Source: an uncultured Gemmatimonadaceae bacterium (GTDB lineage Bacteria; Gemmatimonadota; Gemmatimonadetes; Gemmatimonadales; Gemmatimonadaceae). Taken from it: a DNA stretch of 64,000 nt. The notes beneath the pieces are model-generated. The model had not been told where the DNA came from and made no database searches. It saw nothing but the letters and a program-made list of their open reading frames with translations. The DNA is taken from NCBI GenBank assembly GCA_963790305.1, contig CAWBOC010000010.1, forward strand, positions 192,001-256,000, in the 5' to 3' direction. The translations under genes were made by a program, and so were the position numbers. Below, one piece after another: positions 1 to 11,193 of the stretch; positions within the stretch are counted from its first letter, which is position 1, and every line of letters begins with the position of its first letter.

Positions 1-33
1 GTCGTTGCGCAGCGGGAGCCATCGATCGCCGAG

Positions 34-912
34 GTGCGCGCGGCCGACCCTGATCTGCGTAGCGCGCTGCGATCGACGCGATTTCGCGCGCGCGCGGCGG
101 CGCGCAATGGCTCCGCACTCGGTGTGGTAGCAGAATATCTGGAGTATTGGCTCGACGCGCAGCCGGGATTCTTTGCGGCGCACTTCGCGGGCGAGCGCAT
201 GTACTTCACGCCCGAGAACGCGCAGCGGATCGATGCCGTGCGAACGACCTTGCACCGATGGCATGACGCCGGGCTCCTCGGGGACGATGCCTACTATCTA
301 CTCCTGGCAGCCCTGATCGAAGGCGCCGATCGCGTCGCCAACACCGCGGGGGTGTACGCGGCTTACATTAAGAGCTGGCAGCCCAACGCCGCAAAACCGC
401 TTCGGCTGACCCCCATACATCCAATGAAAGGGGTTCCAGGCTCTTCGGCGCATCGCGGGGATGCGGTGGAGGTCGCGCAGAAGCTCGGATCCGTCGACCT
501 CCTGTACGTCGACCCTCCGTACAACAGCCGGCAGTACCCCGGGTATTATCACGTCCCCGAGCTGATCGCGCGCGGATGGAGCGAGACCGTTCCCACCCTT
601 CGGGGGAAGACCGGGTTGCTTCCTGCTGACGGACAGCGAAGCGCGTGGTGTTCGGCCCGCCGTGTGCGTCAAGCGTTACGAGAGCTTCTGGAGGCCACTG
701 GAGCGCGTCACGTCCTCGTCAGCTATAACTCCGAGGGATTGCTTCCCGAGAAGGTGCTGAAGGAGACGTTGCGGGAGGCGTCGGTGGACGGGCGCGTAGT
801 GTGCTTCCGGAAGACGTACCGTAGATATCGGGCAGACAGCGACCGGGACGGCAGGCGGTATCGGGCGGATGGGCTTCGGGAATTGCTCGTTTATGCTCGG
901 TTACGCAGTTAG
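34..912 (+). CDS. Adenine-specific DNA methyltransferase (D12/COG3392-like), 5'-truncated by window edge
   Basis: Catalytic motif YVDPPYN, plus RMYFTPENAQRID and ADRVANTAGVY segments typical of this family. The SAM-binding motif is not seen, so the gene probably starts upstream of the window. Confidence 0.85.
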   Translation: MRAADPDLRSALRSTRFRARAAARNGSALGVVAEYLEYWLDAQPGFFAAHFAGERMYFTPENAQRIDAVRTTLHRWHDAGLLGDDAYYLLLAALIEGADRVANTAGVYAAYIKSWQPNAAKPLRLTPIHPMKGVPGSSAHRGDAVEVAQKLGSVDLLYVDPPYNSRQYPGYYHVPELIARGWSETVPTLRGKTGLLPADGQRSAWCSARRVRQALRELLEATGARHVLVSYNSEGLLPEKVLKETLREASVDGRVVCFRKTYRRYRADSDRDGRRYRADGLRELLVYARLRS

Positions 913-955
913 TGATAGTTTTGTTACGCGGCGTGATACCGGTCGTCTGTAGGGC

Positions 956-1606
956 ATGGCAGCCACCATTGTACTCCGAGCACCCGGATCAAAAGCACTA
1001 CCCGGGGCGACGGAGAGGGATTACACTAGCGACGTGAAGAGCACAGCGGCGACGCCGGTTTCCCCCGTCGATCAGCTTCAGGCGGATCAGGAAGTCATTG
1101 CGCGCGTGCTGGCCGGCGATCGGGATGCATTCTCCCTCCTGATCGGACGCTACAGCGATCCCCTCTATCGGCATGCGCTCGGTATGACGGGGAGTCCGGA
1201 CGTAGCGGAGGATATCCTCCAATCGTCTTTTATCAAAGCGTATCAACACCTCGCCGAGGTGCATGGTCGCTTCGATGCCTGGATCTTCCGCATCGTTGCA
1301 AACGGCTGCAAGGACTGGCTGAAGAACATCCGCCGAACGCATTTGAGCTACGAGGAAGATGATCAACCCTCGTCGTTCGCGACGCCGGATGAAGAGCTGG
1401 ACCGTTCGGAGCTGCGCAGTGATCTGGATCGTGCGCTATCGGCGCTCGCACCGTCGCTGCGGGAAGCGTTCGTGATGAAGCATGTCGAAGGCCGCTCGTA
1501 CGAAGAGATGGCCGACCTATTGGGAACCACCGTTGGGGCGCTGAAAATGCGCGTGCACCGCGCGCGTGAGGCTCTCCAAGTCCTCCTGGAGGAGAAGTAC
1601 GCCTGA
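956..1606 (+). CDS. ECF-type RNA polymerase sigma factor
   Basis: Region 2 (AEDILQSSFIKAY..FDAWIFRIVAN) and region 4 HTH (EGRSYEEMADLLGTTVGALKMRVHRAR). True start may be GTG at about 1034. Confidence 0.92.
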   Translation: MAATIVLRAPGSKALPGATERDYTSDVKSTAATPVSPVDQLQADQEVIARVLAGDRDAFSLLIGRYSDPLYRHALGMTGSPDVAEDILQSSFIKAYQHLAEVHGRFDAWIFRIVANGCKDWLKNIRRTHLSYEEDDQPSSFATPDEELDRSELRSDLDRALSALAPSLREAFVMKHVEGRSYEEMADLLGTTVGALKMRVHRAREALQVLLEEKYA

Positions 1607-2025
1607 TGCTCGACGACCTGAATCCCCGAGAGGGCCGCAGCGAGCCCGGCCGCGATCGTCCGCGGTCCGTTCCTTCGCGCCCGTTTGCCGACCGTGAAGT
1701 TCCGCGGGGGACTCGCCGTACGCCTCAGACCGTGCAGGCGTGGCTGGATGGCGATCTTCCCGAAGCCGCCGTGCGCCGTGGCGACACCGCGCGTGATGTG
1801 GACTTCTGGCGCCGTATCGAGACGGAAGTCGACCAGCGCCGCCGCATGAAGACGCCCGTCTACGTGCAGGATCGTATCATGCAGGCGCTGCCGCAGGCAA
1901 CGCCGCGAGTGATCACGCCGTTCTGGCGCCGCCAGTTCGCGGTCACTCCGACCATGGCCGTTGCCGTGGGTGCCGCGATTCTCGCACTCGGCGTTCTGAT
2001 CACGTCGCTGCTGCTCGCGCGGTAA
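1606..2025 (+). CDS. Putative membrane-anchored anti-sigma factor
   Basis: TGATG overlap with the sigma gene; WLDGDL motif resembling an anti-sigma N-terminal helix; single C-terminal hydrophobic segment. Confidence 0.6.
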   Translation: MLDDLNPREGRSEPGRDRPRSVPSRPFADREVPRGTRRTPQTVQAWLDGDLPEAAVRRGDTARDVDFWRRIETEVDQRRRMKTPVYVQDRIMQALPQATPRVITPFWRRQFAVTPTMAVAVGAAILALGVLITSLLLAR

Positions 2026-2058
2026 GCAGTCCCGGCTGTCACCGCGTAGCTCACACAG

Positions 2059-2097
2059 AAGGACCAGCTCTCCTAACGGGGGAGCTGGTCCTTTTTT
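2059..2097 (+). terminator. Intrinsic terminator between convergent genes
   Basis: AAGGACCAGCTCTCC-TAAC-GGGGGAGCTGGTCCTTTTTT: long stem followed by a T-run. Confidence 0.85.
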
Positions 2098-2507
2098 CAG
2101 GGCGTAGCGACCGCTCGAACGATCGCGCGCGCGGAGGAGCTCGACTCCACGGCGCCATGGGCATTGGCAAGCTCCCGCACCTCGGCCCGCAGCGGCTCCA
2201 GGCCGGCGGGCCGCCGGACGATCAGCACGTCCACGCTCTCCGATAACGGACCGACGACGACGACGGTCGCGGAGCTCGTGCCGTCCGCGACCCAGGCGAC
2301 ATCAAGCCCGGTTCCCGCCGACTCGACCTGGCTGATCGCGCCGATGAGCTCAAGCACAGCGCCGGCGTCGCTCCCGCCCAGTCCGATGAGCGCCACCCGC
2401 ACGGTCTCGGCGGTTTCGTTAGGCGCTGTCGGAGCATCGCCGCCGCAGGCCAGGCCGAATGTGACGAGGGCGAGAGCGACGTAGCGGTGCCCGCGAGGGC
2501 GCGTCAT
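2097..2507 (-). CDS. Small hypothetical lipoprotein (beta-rich)
   Basis: Lipobox-like GLAC after a hydrophobic stretch; 4-nt overlap with the upstream protease gene. Confidence 0.7.
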   Translation of the reverse strand: MTRPRGHRYVALALVTFGLACGGDAPTAPNETAETVRVALIGLGGSDAGAVLELIGAISQVESAGTGLDVAWVADGTSSATVVVVGPLSESVDVLIVRRPAGLEPLRAEVRELANAHGAVESSSSARAIVRAVATP

Positions 2508-4345
2508 GGCGAGCTGGAGGCGTCCGTCACGCTCGTCTCGAGCATTTGCCGGAAGCGCACGACATCGCCGACGTCGAGACGCCCATTCCGGTTGCCAACG
2601 AGATCGAGCGCCCGGCGCCGTATTTCATCGAGCGACGAAGGATCCGCGACGCCACGAAGCGCCTGCTGTGTCGTGAGCGACGGCATGGTCACCCGCAACT
2701 CGAGCTCGGCGACACTCTTGCTCGCCTTGGCGTCCCGAACCTCCACCGCGATGCGCGCGCTGATGAGATCCTCCGGCGCACCCTGTATCACGCCGCCGGC
2801 AGTCAGGGTCAGCCCGCGAGGGAGGGCATCCAGCGCGCGCCACTGGTACGGCGGGGAGCCGCCGCTGGCTTGAAGTGCATGAGCGAATGCCGTTTGCCCG
2901 AGGGAGGCGTTGACGGTCGTCGTCGCCGCCGCGATCACCGGTGCCGTGACGGTGAACGTCACGTCGAAGCTCACTCGGTCCCCAGCGATGGTGATTCCAT
3001 CAATGCGCACGCCGCTCGGACTCCCCTCGCTGGTGCGCAGCCAGGGCTTCGACGAATCCGAAAGCGCCACGACCAGTGACGAGCCGGGGAACGGATCGCC
3101 GACGTCGCCAACGTTCGTGCGCGCGGCGAGGTCATCCCGGCCGTCCGCCTGCACGACGCGCACGGCTGGGTGCGCCTCGTCGTCGTTCACGCCCCAGAAC
3201 CGAGATTCCAGCACCGCGTCATTCACATGCCATACGACGAGACCGATACCTGGTGCGGACGCGTCGGCTCCTACGGCGGCGCGATACTCGAGCAGCACGT
3301 GCTCGCGTCCCCCGTTGAGGTTGATGCGAACAATGTCACCTTCGCGCCCCACGGGGCTCAACTCGACGCGCGACGACGTCGACACGTGACGCACCGTCGC
3401 CCAGCCGAGGCGCTCGCGCGCCCAGGCGCCGAAATGCGGAGGTCGCGCGGGCGGCGCCGCCCAGATCCCCATCACATCCCATCCGCCCACGCCGAACGAG
3501 CTGCCATCGTAGTCGTAGAGATCCGGAAGCCCCAGCACGTGTCCGATCTCGTGAATCGGAATGTTGACGCGCGTCGGCATGATCTCATCGCCCTGACAAG
3601 CGACAGCAAATGCGCCGACGAAATCGTCGATCACGATCGGTGTTCCGTCGGCCCCCATCACGCTCGTCACGTACGGCTGCCCGTTCCACCCCGGAAGGAG
3701 GCTCAGCCGATATCCCGTTTCGCGGAAGCCGCGGAGGCTGTCTGGCCCGCAGCCGTATTCGGAACCGGGCTGGAGCAGCACCGCAATGTCGACCGCGCCG
3801 TCATCGTCGCCGGAGTTCGGGACGCCGTCCGCCCCATCGTTGTCATAGTGTCGCCAATCGACAATGCCTTCGGCGCGCTGGAGTAGATCGCGCGCGAACT
3901 CGCCGTAGCGCTGCCAGACTCCGGCCGCATCACCGTCGATGTACGATGCCCGCGTGCGCGGGAGTCGAATCCAGGGAGTCGTCGTTCCGGTGAACGTCAG
4001 CGCGCCTAACGATACCTCGCGATAGTACCGCGCCACCGAGTAGGGGCCGACGCCGGCGTGTGCCCCGAAATAGGCGCTGTCGTAGACGGCGCGGTCGTAC
4101 TTGGGGGTGACGTCGGCGAAGGTGCCGGCGATGACCGGCATGCCGAGGGTGCCGCGTAGCGGACGGCGGGCGGCGAGGCCTCGAACCGAGGTGTTCGAGG
4201 GTGAAAGTGGCAGGTCGCGACGGTCGTGGGCGACCACGCCTCGCCCCAGCTGGGCGTGGGCGGGGGCGGCCACGGAGGCAATGACGCACAGACTCCAGGC
4301 TATCGCCCGAAGACGAGCTAACGATGAGATCGGCGACCGGCTCAT
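2504..4345 (-). CDS. Secreted M6 family (immune inhibitor A-like) metalloprotease with Ig-like (He_PIG) domain and C-terminal Ca-binding/dockerin-like motif
   Basis: Signal peptide ending AHA; HEIGHVLGLPDLYD zinc motif; WDVMG Met-turn; DNDGADGVPNSGDDDG loop; ASGGSPPYQW..LPRGLTL Ig repeat; C-terminal DLVGNRNGRLDVGD. Confidence 0.88.
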   Translation of the reverse strand: MSRSPISSLARLRAIAWSLCVIASVAAPAHAQLGRGVVAHDRRDLPLSPSNTSVRGLAARRPLRGTLGMPVIAGTFADVTPKYDRAVYDSAYFGAHAGVGPYSVARYYREVSLGALTFTGTTTPWIRLPRTRASYIDGDAAGVWQRYGEFARDLLQRAEGIVDWRHYDNDGADGVPNSGDDDGAVDIAVLLQPGSEYGCGPDSLRGFRETGYRLSLLPGWNGQPYVTSVMGADGTPIVIDDFVGAFAVACQGDEIMPTRVNIPIHEIGHVLGLPDLYDYDGSSFGVGGWDVMGIWAAPPARPPHFGAWARERLGWATVRHVSTSSRVELSPVGREGDIVRINLNGGREHVLLEYRAAVGADASAPGIGLVVWHVNDAVLESRFWGVNDDEAHPAVRVVQADGRDDLAARTNVGDVGDPFPGSSLVVALSDSSKPWLRTSEGSPSGVRIDGITIAGDRVSFDVTFTVTAPVIAAATTTVNASLGQTAFAHALQASGGSPPYQWRALDALPRGLTLTAGGVIQGAPEDLISARIAVEVRDAKASKSVAELELRVTMPSLTTQQALRGVADPSSLDEIRRRALDLVGNRNGRLDVGDVVRFRQMLETSVTDASSSP

Positions 4346-4526
4346 AATCGAGGGGCACCCCGAGCACGTTCCAGACCCGGTTCGAGCCGGTCATCACCGC
4401 ATTCAAGTGATTGTCCTTTCTACACTTGCATGGGTGACAGAGCACGGCGGTTTGGAGGGACTGTTGCCTGGCCGCCACACAGTTGCGGGCTGTGTAGCGC
4501 CGTGCCGCCACGAGTGCGGGAGAGTC

Positions 4527-5024
4527 CTAGGTGCTGGGTAGGTCCCGGCGCAGGAGCAACAGACCCACGTCGTCGCGCACGTATTCGCTCACTCGCCCCT
4601 CCTCCCGGAAGCCGGTGCGCTGAGCCAGCGCGAGGCCGGAAGCCAGAGAGGGCTCCTCCGGAAGCTCGATGACCGCGAAGCGTGAGCCTCGCGCGTGAAG
4701 GTCGGCACACGCCGCCTCCATGAGCGCGGTCGCGATGCCGCGACGACGTGCGGTTGCGTCGACGGCGACGAAGTAGACGCGTCCCGCGCCGTGGGCTCCC
4801 GCGATCTCGCCGAACACGATGAATCCGACGATCGCCTGCCCCTCGTGCGCAACAATGCCGCGATACTCATCGCTCGCGGACATCAATGCCTCCTCGAGTG
4901 ACGCGAGCATCGCTTCACCGAAGGGCGCGCCGCCGAGCCCGGCATCGGCGAGCGCTCGAGCAGCCGTGGCATCCGGGGCGGCGAGAGGACGAAGCGTGAC
5001 TGACACTGGCGTGGCGGGAACCAT
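4527..5024 (-). CDS. GNAT family N-acetyltransferase
   Basis: VAVDATARRRGIATALM acetyl-CoA motif and a GF..EG C-terminal motif. Start placed at ATG 5024 inside the longer ORF. Confidence 0.85.
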   Translation of the reverse strand: MVPATPVSVTLRPLAAPDATAARALADAGLGGAPFGEAMLASLEEALMSASDEYRGIVAHEGQAIVGFIVFGEIAGAHGAGRVYFVAVDATARRRGIATALMEAACADLHARGSRFAVIELPEEPSLASGLALAQRTGFREEGRVSEYVRDDVGLLLLRRDLPST

Positions 5025-5219
5025 GGAACCTGGGAACAGCGTCGCGCAAGTGAGACACCGCGCGTCCGATTGCTTGGACACCGCGCGGTGCGACGCGTTC
5101 GCCGCGCGACGCGCATCGCGAGCAGCGCGAACAGGATACGCGTACGACTCGCTCGCCGCACGTGACGGTCCCATCCATGCCTTGGTTGGGAATAGACTTT
5201 TTCGCCCTCGGGAGGCTCC

Positions 5220-5834
5220 ATGATTCGACATCTCGTTCTTTCGCTGGCTGCCGCCGGTGCCCTGGTCGGGCGCAGCGCGTTCGCGCAAACGTCCCCCCGG
5301 ATCGAAGTCACGCCCTACGCCGGCTACATGGTGTTCGGCGATTTCGTGAAGGGACCGCTCGGCACCTCGATCTCCAACGCTGGCGGTGCGCTCCTCGGCG
5401 CCCAGCTCGGCGTCGCGATCACGCCTAACGTGGCGCTCGTCGGGAACGCGGCGCGCGCGAGCGGCGACATCAACATCGGCATTCCGTTCCTCGATGGGAT
5501 CAGCGTCGGGTCGAGCTCTGCCTGGATGTTCGATGGTGCGCTGCAGCTGTCGCTGCCGCTTCCCGAGCGTGCGATTGCCTTCACCCCGTTCGTGCAGCTG
5601 GGCGCGGGGGCGATGCATCACGAAGTGAAGATCGGTCTCTCCACCAATGCCACGAATTTCGTGGGCACCGTCGGTGCCGGGGCTGACTTCGGTCTCACGC
5701 GATCCATCGGGCTGCGGTTGATGGCGAAGGACTACATCGGCCGCTTCAATGTCCGGGAAGCGACGACGCTGGACTACGAGCCGAAAGTCGCGCACAACTT
5801 CGGGTTCAGCGCGGGGTTGAAGGTCGCGTTCTAG
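5220..5834 (+). CDS. Outer-membrane beta-barrel protein (OmpA/OmpW-like small barrel)
   Basis: Signal peptide (AFA-Q), alternating amphipathic strands, C-terminal Phe (GLKVAF); SD GGAGG upstream. Confidence 0.8.
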   Translation: MIRHLVLSLAAAGALVGRSAFAQTSPRIEVTPYAGYMVFGDFVKGPLGTSISNAGGALLGAQLGVAITPNVALVGNAARASGDINIGIPFLDGISVGSSSAWMFDGALQLSLPLPERAIAFTPFVQLGAGAMHHEVKIGLSTNATNFVGTVGAGADFGLTRSIGLRLMAKDYIGRFNVREATTLDYEPKVAHNFGFSAGLKVAF

Positions 5835-5840
5835 GACGGC

Positions 5841-5937
5841 TGAGGGAGCAGGGAGGAGAAGTGGGGAAATCGAGTGAAGTGCTTCCCAATGTGGTGCACT
5901 TCAATCAATTTCCCCACTCCTCGTTTCTCGTTCCTCA
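5841..5937. repeat. Intergenic palindrome with 7-nt periodic arms (GTGAGGA/TCCTCAC-like family)
   Basis: GAAGTGGGGAAATCGAGTGAAGTGC pairs with GCACTTCAATCAATTTCCCCACTCC; right arm reads TCCCCAC TCCTCGT TTCTCGT TCCTCAT. Confidence 0.7.
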
Positions 5938-5952
5938 TTGCTCTCCAGGCGC

Positions 5953-8554
5953 ATGCATCGTCGCATAGCTCTCGGCGTTCTCTCGGCGGTTTCCCCCTTC
6001 GTACTGCAGGCCCAGCATTCTTTCTCTGAAGGTGGCGGCGTACGACGCCGCCGTCCCGACGCCGCAAAGCGTCCTCGGCTACGAGATCGGCGAGCGGTTC
6101 ACTCCCCATCACATGATCATGCGCTATCTCGATCGCCTCGCGGCGACGAGCCGGCGCGTGAAGGTCGACACGGTCGCGCACACCTTCGAGGGGCGCGAGG
6201 TCGTCATGGTCATCGTCACCGGTGAGGCGAATCAGGGACGCATCGACCAGATTCGCGCCGACAACGCCCGGCTCGCGACACTCACCGGCTCGGCGGCGGA
6301 GCTCGACGCGATTGCCGCTCGCTTGCCGGCCGTGGCGTGGCTCGGCTTCAGCGTGCACGGCGACGAAGCGTCGGGAGTCGAGGCGGCGATCGCGCTGCTG
6401 TATCAGCTCGCCGCCGGGACGGACGCCGACACGCGACGCGTTCTCGATGAGACGGTCGTGCTCATCGATCCGGCGCAGAATCCCGACGGGCACGAGCGAC
6501 ACGTTCAGGATGTCATGCGCATGCGCACCGCGTTCGGCGTTCCGACGTCACCCGATGCGCGCGCGCACACGTCGAATTGGCCGGGGCCGCGCACGAGCCA
6601 CTACTACTTCGACATGAACCGCGACTGGTACATCCAGTCGCATCCGGAGACGCGCGGACGCATTCGGTCGATGCTCAGCTGGTGGCCGCACGTCGCCGTC
6701 GACTTGCACGAGATGGGGTCGAACTCCACGTACTTCTTTCCGCCGCCCATGGCGCCGGTCAACAAGAACGTGCATCCGTCGATCATCCGCTGGTGGGATG
6801 TGTACGCCGCGGCGAACGCGGCGGCGTTCGATCGGCATGGCTGGTCGTACTTTCGGCGGGAGGGGTACGACGAGTTTTATCCGGGCTACGGATCCTCGTG
6901 GCCGCTCTACGCCGGCGCGATCGGGATGACGTACGAGCAGGCGTCGAGCGAAGCCGGCGCGATTCGCCGCGATGATGGAACGATCCACACGCTGCGCGAC
7001 GCGACCTGGGGCCACTACACGACGGCGTGGGCGACGGTCGACGCCACGGCTCGCAATGCGCGGCAGCGCGTACGCGATTTCCTCGCCTATCGACGGAGTG
7101 CCGTAACCGATGCGCAACGTGTCGCGGCGCGCACCGTGATCATCGAGCGGGACGCATACGCGCGTGCCGATTCGCTGGCCCGTCGTCTTTCCGACAACGG
7201 CATTGTCGTCGGGCTCGCACGCTCCGTGGATGTCCGGAGCGCGACGCCGTATCCGGGGAATTCTCCCGGTTCCGGGGGATCCCTCGCCTCGGCGTACGTC
7301 GTCGACCTCGCTCAGCCGCAGGGCAGGCTCGCACGCGCGATTCTCGAGCCGGATGCCGAGCTCGACTCCGCGTTCATCGCCGAGGAGCTGGAGCGGCGGC
7401 GGGCCGGCCGGTCGGATCGCTTCTACGACGCGACGGGATGGAGTCTCCCGTACACGTATCGCGTGCGCGCCTGGATGTCGCGAGCCCCGGTGACCTCGTC
7501 GCCGGTGGACACTGCATGGCGATCGACGGCGACCGCTCCGGACAGCGCGCGGTATGGCTACGCGATCGAAGGTGGAACTGAAGCAGGCTATCGGCTGCTC
7601 GCCGCCTTGCTGCGCGACAGCGTCCGCGTGTGGTACCAGCCGGGCGCGTTTCGATCGGGCAGCTCGCGCGTGGGTCGTGGCTCGTTCGTCGCGCGCGTGG
7701 TTGGCAACGGGCCACGGCTGCACGCACTCGTCAGGCAGCATGTGGCGGCCGCTGGCGCCCCGGTGGTGAGTCTCTCGGGGTCGGGGGTCGACGAGGGATT
7801 CGATCTTGGGAGCAACCTCGTCTTTCCAGTGCGTCAACCACGAGTGGCGATCATCGCCGGCCCGGGTGTGAGTGGCCAGTCAGCCGGGTACGCGTGGTAC
7901 ATGATGGATCAACGCCTGCGCTATCCGGCCACGATTCTCGATCCAACCGCGGTGAGCGGAGCGATGCTCGACGACTACAACGTGATTGTCCTTCCGTCCG
8001 TGCAAGGCGCCTTTTTCGAGCGCATGCTCAGCGAAGGGGGTCGAGACCGCCTTGCATCGTGGGTGCGGGCGGGTGGCACGCTGGTGACGCTCGAGGCAGC
8101 GACCGCCTGGGTCGCCACCGAGCGGGTCGGATTGTCGCGCCTCCGCGTTCGACGCGACTCCGTGCGAGCCGACAGCTCCGCGGGCGCGCCGCTGCCGGCC
8201 GGGGTCCCTGGCGCCATCGTGCGTGTCGTCGCGGACACGCTCTCTCCGTTGCTGGCGGGAATCGTCGAGCGCGAGTTCCCCGCCTACATCTTCTCGGACC
8301 GCGTGTTCACCTTTCCGCGCGACGTGCGGGCGGGGGAGTCGGTCCTGCGCTACGCACCGGAGTCTCGGCTGCGAATCGCGGGATATCTCTGGCCGGAGGT
8401 TCCGTCGCGACTGGGGGACTCGCCATTCCTGTGGACCGAGAGCGTGGGCCGCGGACGCGTGATCTCGTTTGCGGTGGATCCCAACTTCCGCGACATGTGG
8501 CGCGGCCTGCTTCCCCTGTTCGCGAACGCGGTGATGCTGGGGCCCAGCATGTGA
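5953..8554 (+). CDS. M14 family zinc carboxypeptidase (frameshift near 6030)
   Basis: HGDE, NPDG, DMNRDW, DLHEM and MTYEQ motifs. The signal peptide lies in another frame (5953-6030), implying an indel. Confidence 0.88.
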
Positions 8555-8874
8555 GCTACGATCGCGGACTGGCCGAGCGCGTCACCGACGTGCTGGCGCG
8601 AATGAGCGTTCGCGGTGCCCGACAGAAGAACGTGTTCGGCGGACGCGGCTTTCTCCTCGGGAAATCCGCGTTCGTCATTGTGTGGGACGACGGGCTGATC
8701 GTGAAGTGTCCGCCCCCCGAGTACGCGGCGGCGCTGGCGTCGCCGCACGTCGAGCCGTTCGCTCCCGATGGCGAGAAGCCGATGAGCACGTGGGTCGTCG
8801 TCGCTGGTGACGCCATCGCCGACGATCCCGAGCTGGAGGAGTGGCTGGGGCGGGGGATGCGCGCGCTTCGGTAA
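8551..8874 (+). CDS. TfoX/Sxy N-terminal domain protein
   Basis: (M)SYDRGLAERV..KNVFGGRGFLL..PMSTWVVV..LEEWL; GTGA overlap with the upstream gene. Confidence 0.8.
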   Translation: MSYDRGLAERVTDVLARMSVRGARQKNVFGGRGFLLGKSAFVIVWDDGLIVKCPPPEYAAALASPHVEPFAPDGEKPMSTWVVVAGDAIADDPELEEWLGRGMRALR

Positions 8875-8883
8875 CGGGAGCGC

Positions 8884-9780
8884 CTAACGGCGATGCTGGC
8901 TGACAAACTCCCAGATGGCGTCGGTGGCGTCGAGTGCCGCGCCCCGGCTGGTGAGCGGCCAGCCGTGGTCCCCGCCTCGGAGCGTGAGGAAGACGACGGG
9001 AGCGCGGCAACGACTCATCCAGCTATCGCGCAACGCCTTCCCGGCGGCAAGCGTGTCGCGCTGAGGCTGGATCACGGCACACTCGTTTGCGCGCGCCCAG
9101 AACGTGGCCCCCTCGGGCGCCGGGATCGGGCGGCTGCCGCGAGGCGAAAGAGCGACGGCGTCGTAGTGCACGACGTCATCCGCATCGCCGTGGATGATCA
9201 TCATCGGCACGGGAGCACGGGGCGGCTCGATGCGCATGACGCTGCCGTCACCGGAGCGCATGCCGATTGCCCCCGCGACGACGGCGGCAGCGGCGATGCG
9301 AGAGGAGAGATCGGCGGCAATCCGGTGCGCAAGGACGCCGCCGTTCGAGTGACCCGCGACATACACACGCCCGCGGTCCACTCGATACCGAGCCGAGAGT
9401 GTGTCAATGAGCGCACCAATGAAGCCGACGTCATCGATGGGCTCGGGCAATCCGAATCCGAGGGACCAACCGCGCGGCGTCCCCGTGCCGTCGGGTGCGA
9501 CGAGGAGGAACCCCTCGGCATCGGCCTTCGCGTCGAATCCTGACCAGTGGATCATCCGCTGGCCGCTGCCGCCGCGGCCGTGAAGGGCGATGACGAGCGG
9601 CAGCGTGCGCGTGGAGTCGGCCGCGGAAGGAACGCGGATGGTGTACGTGCGCTCGATGCCATCCCACGTCATATGACCGCGTTCGCTGCGTTGAGCTGCT
9701 AGCGCGGAGGCGGAGAGCCCGAGGCCAAGAAGGACGAAACGGCAGATGCCCGCCGAGGGCCGCAGAAACCGCAACGGCAT
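8884..9780 (-). CDS. Secreted alpha/beta hydrolase, PHB depolymerase/LpqC-like esterase
   Basis: ALHGRGG oxyanion region, GHSNGG nucleophile, HGDAD, GGDHGW. Confidence 0.85.
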   Translation of the reverse strand: MPLRFLRPSAGICRFVLLGLGLSASALAAQRSERGHMTWDGIERTYTIRVPSAADSTRTLPLVIALHGRGGSGQRMIHWSGFDAKADAEGFLLVAPDGTGTPRGWSLGFGLPEPIDDVGFIGALIDTLSARYRVDRGRVYVAGHSNGGVLAHRIAADLSSRIAAAAVVAGAIGMRSGDGSVMRIEPPRAPVPMMIIHGDADDVVHYDAVALSPRGSRPIPAPEGATFWARANECAVIQPQRDTLAAGKALRDSWMSRCRAPVVFLTLRGGDHGWPLTSRGAALDATDAIWEFVSQHRR

Positions 9781-9788
9781 TCCGTTGA

Positions 9789-11192
<1,404 letters not shown>

Positions 11193-11193
11193 C

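Noticed and set aside
4374..4402. GGTTCGAGCC read as a tRNA T-arm or att site
   Set aside because: The loop is one base short and no acceptor/CCA end follows.
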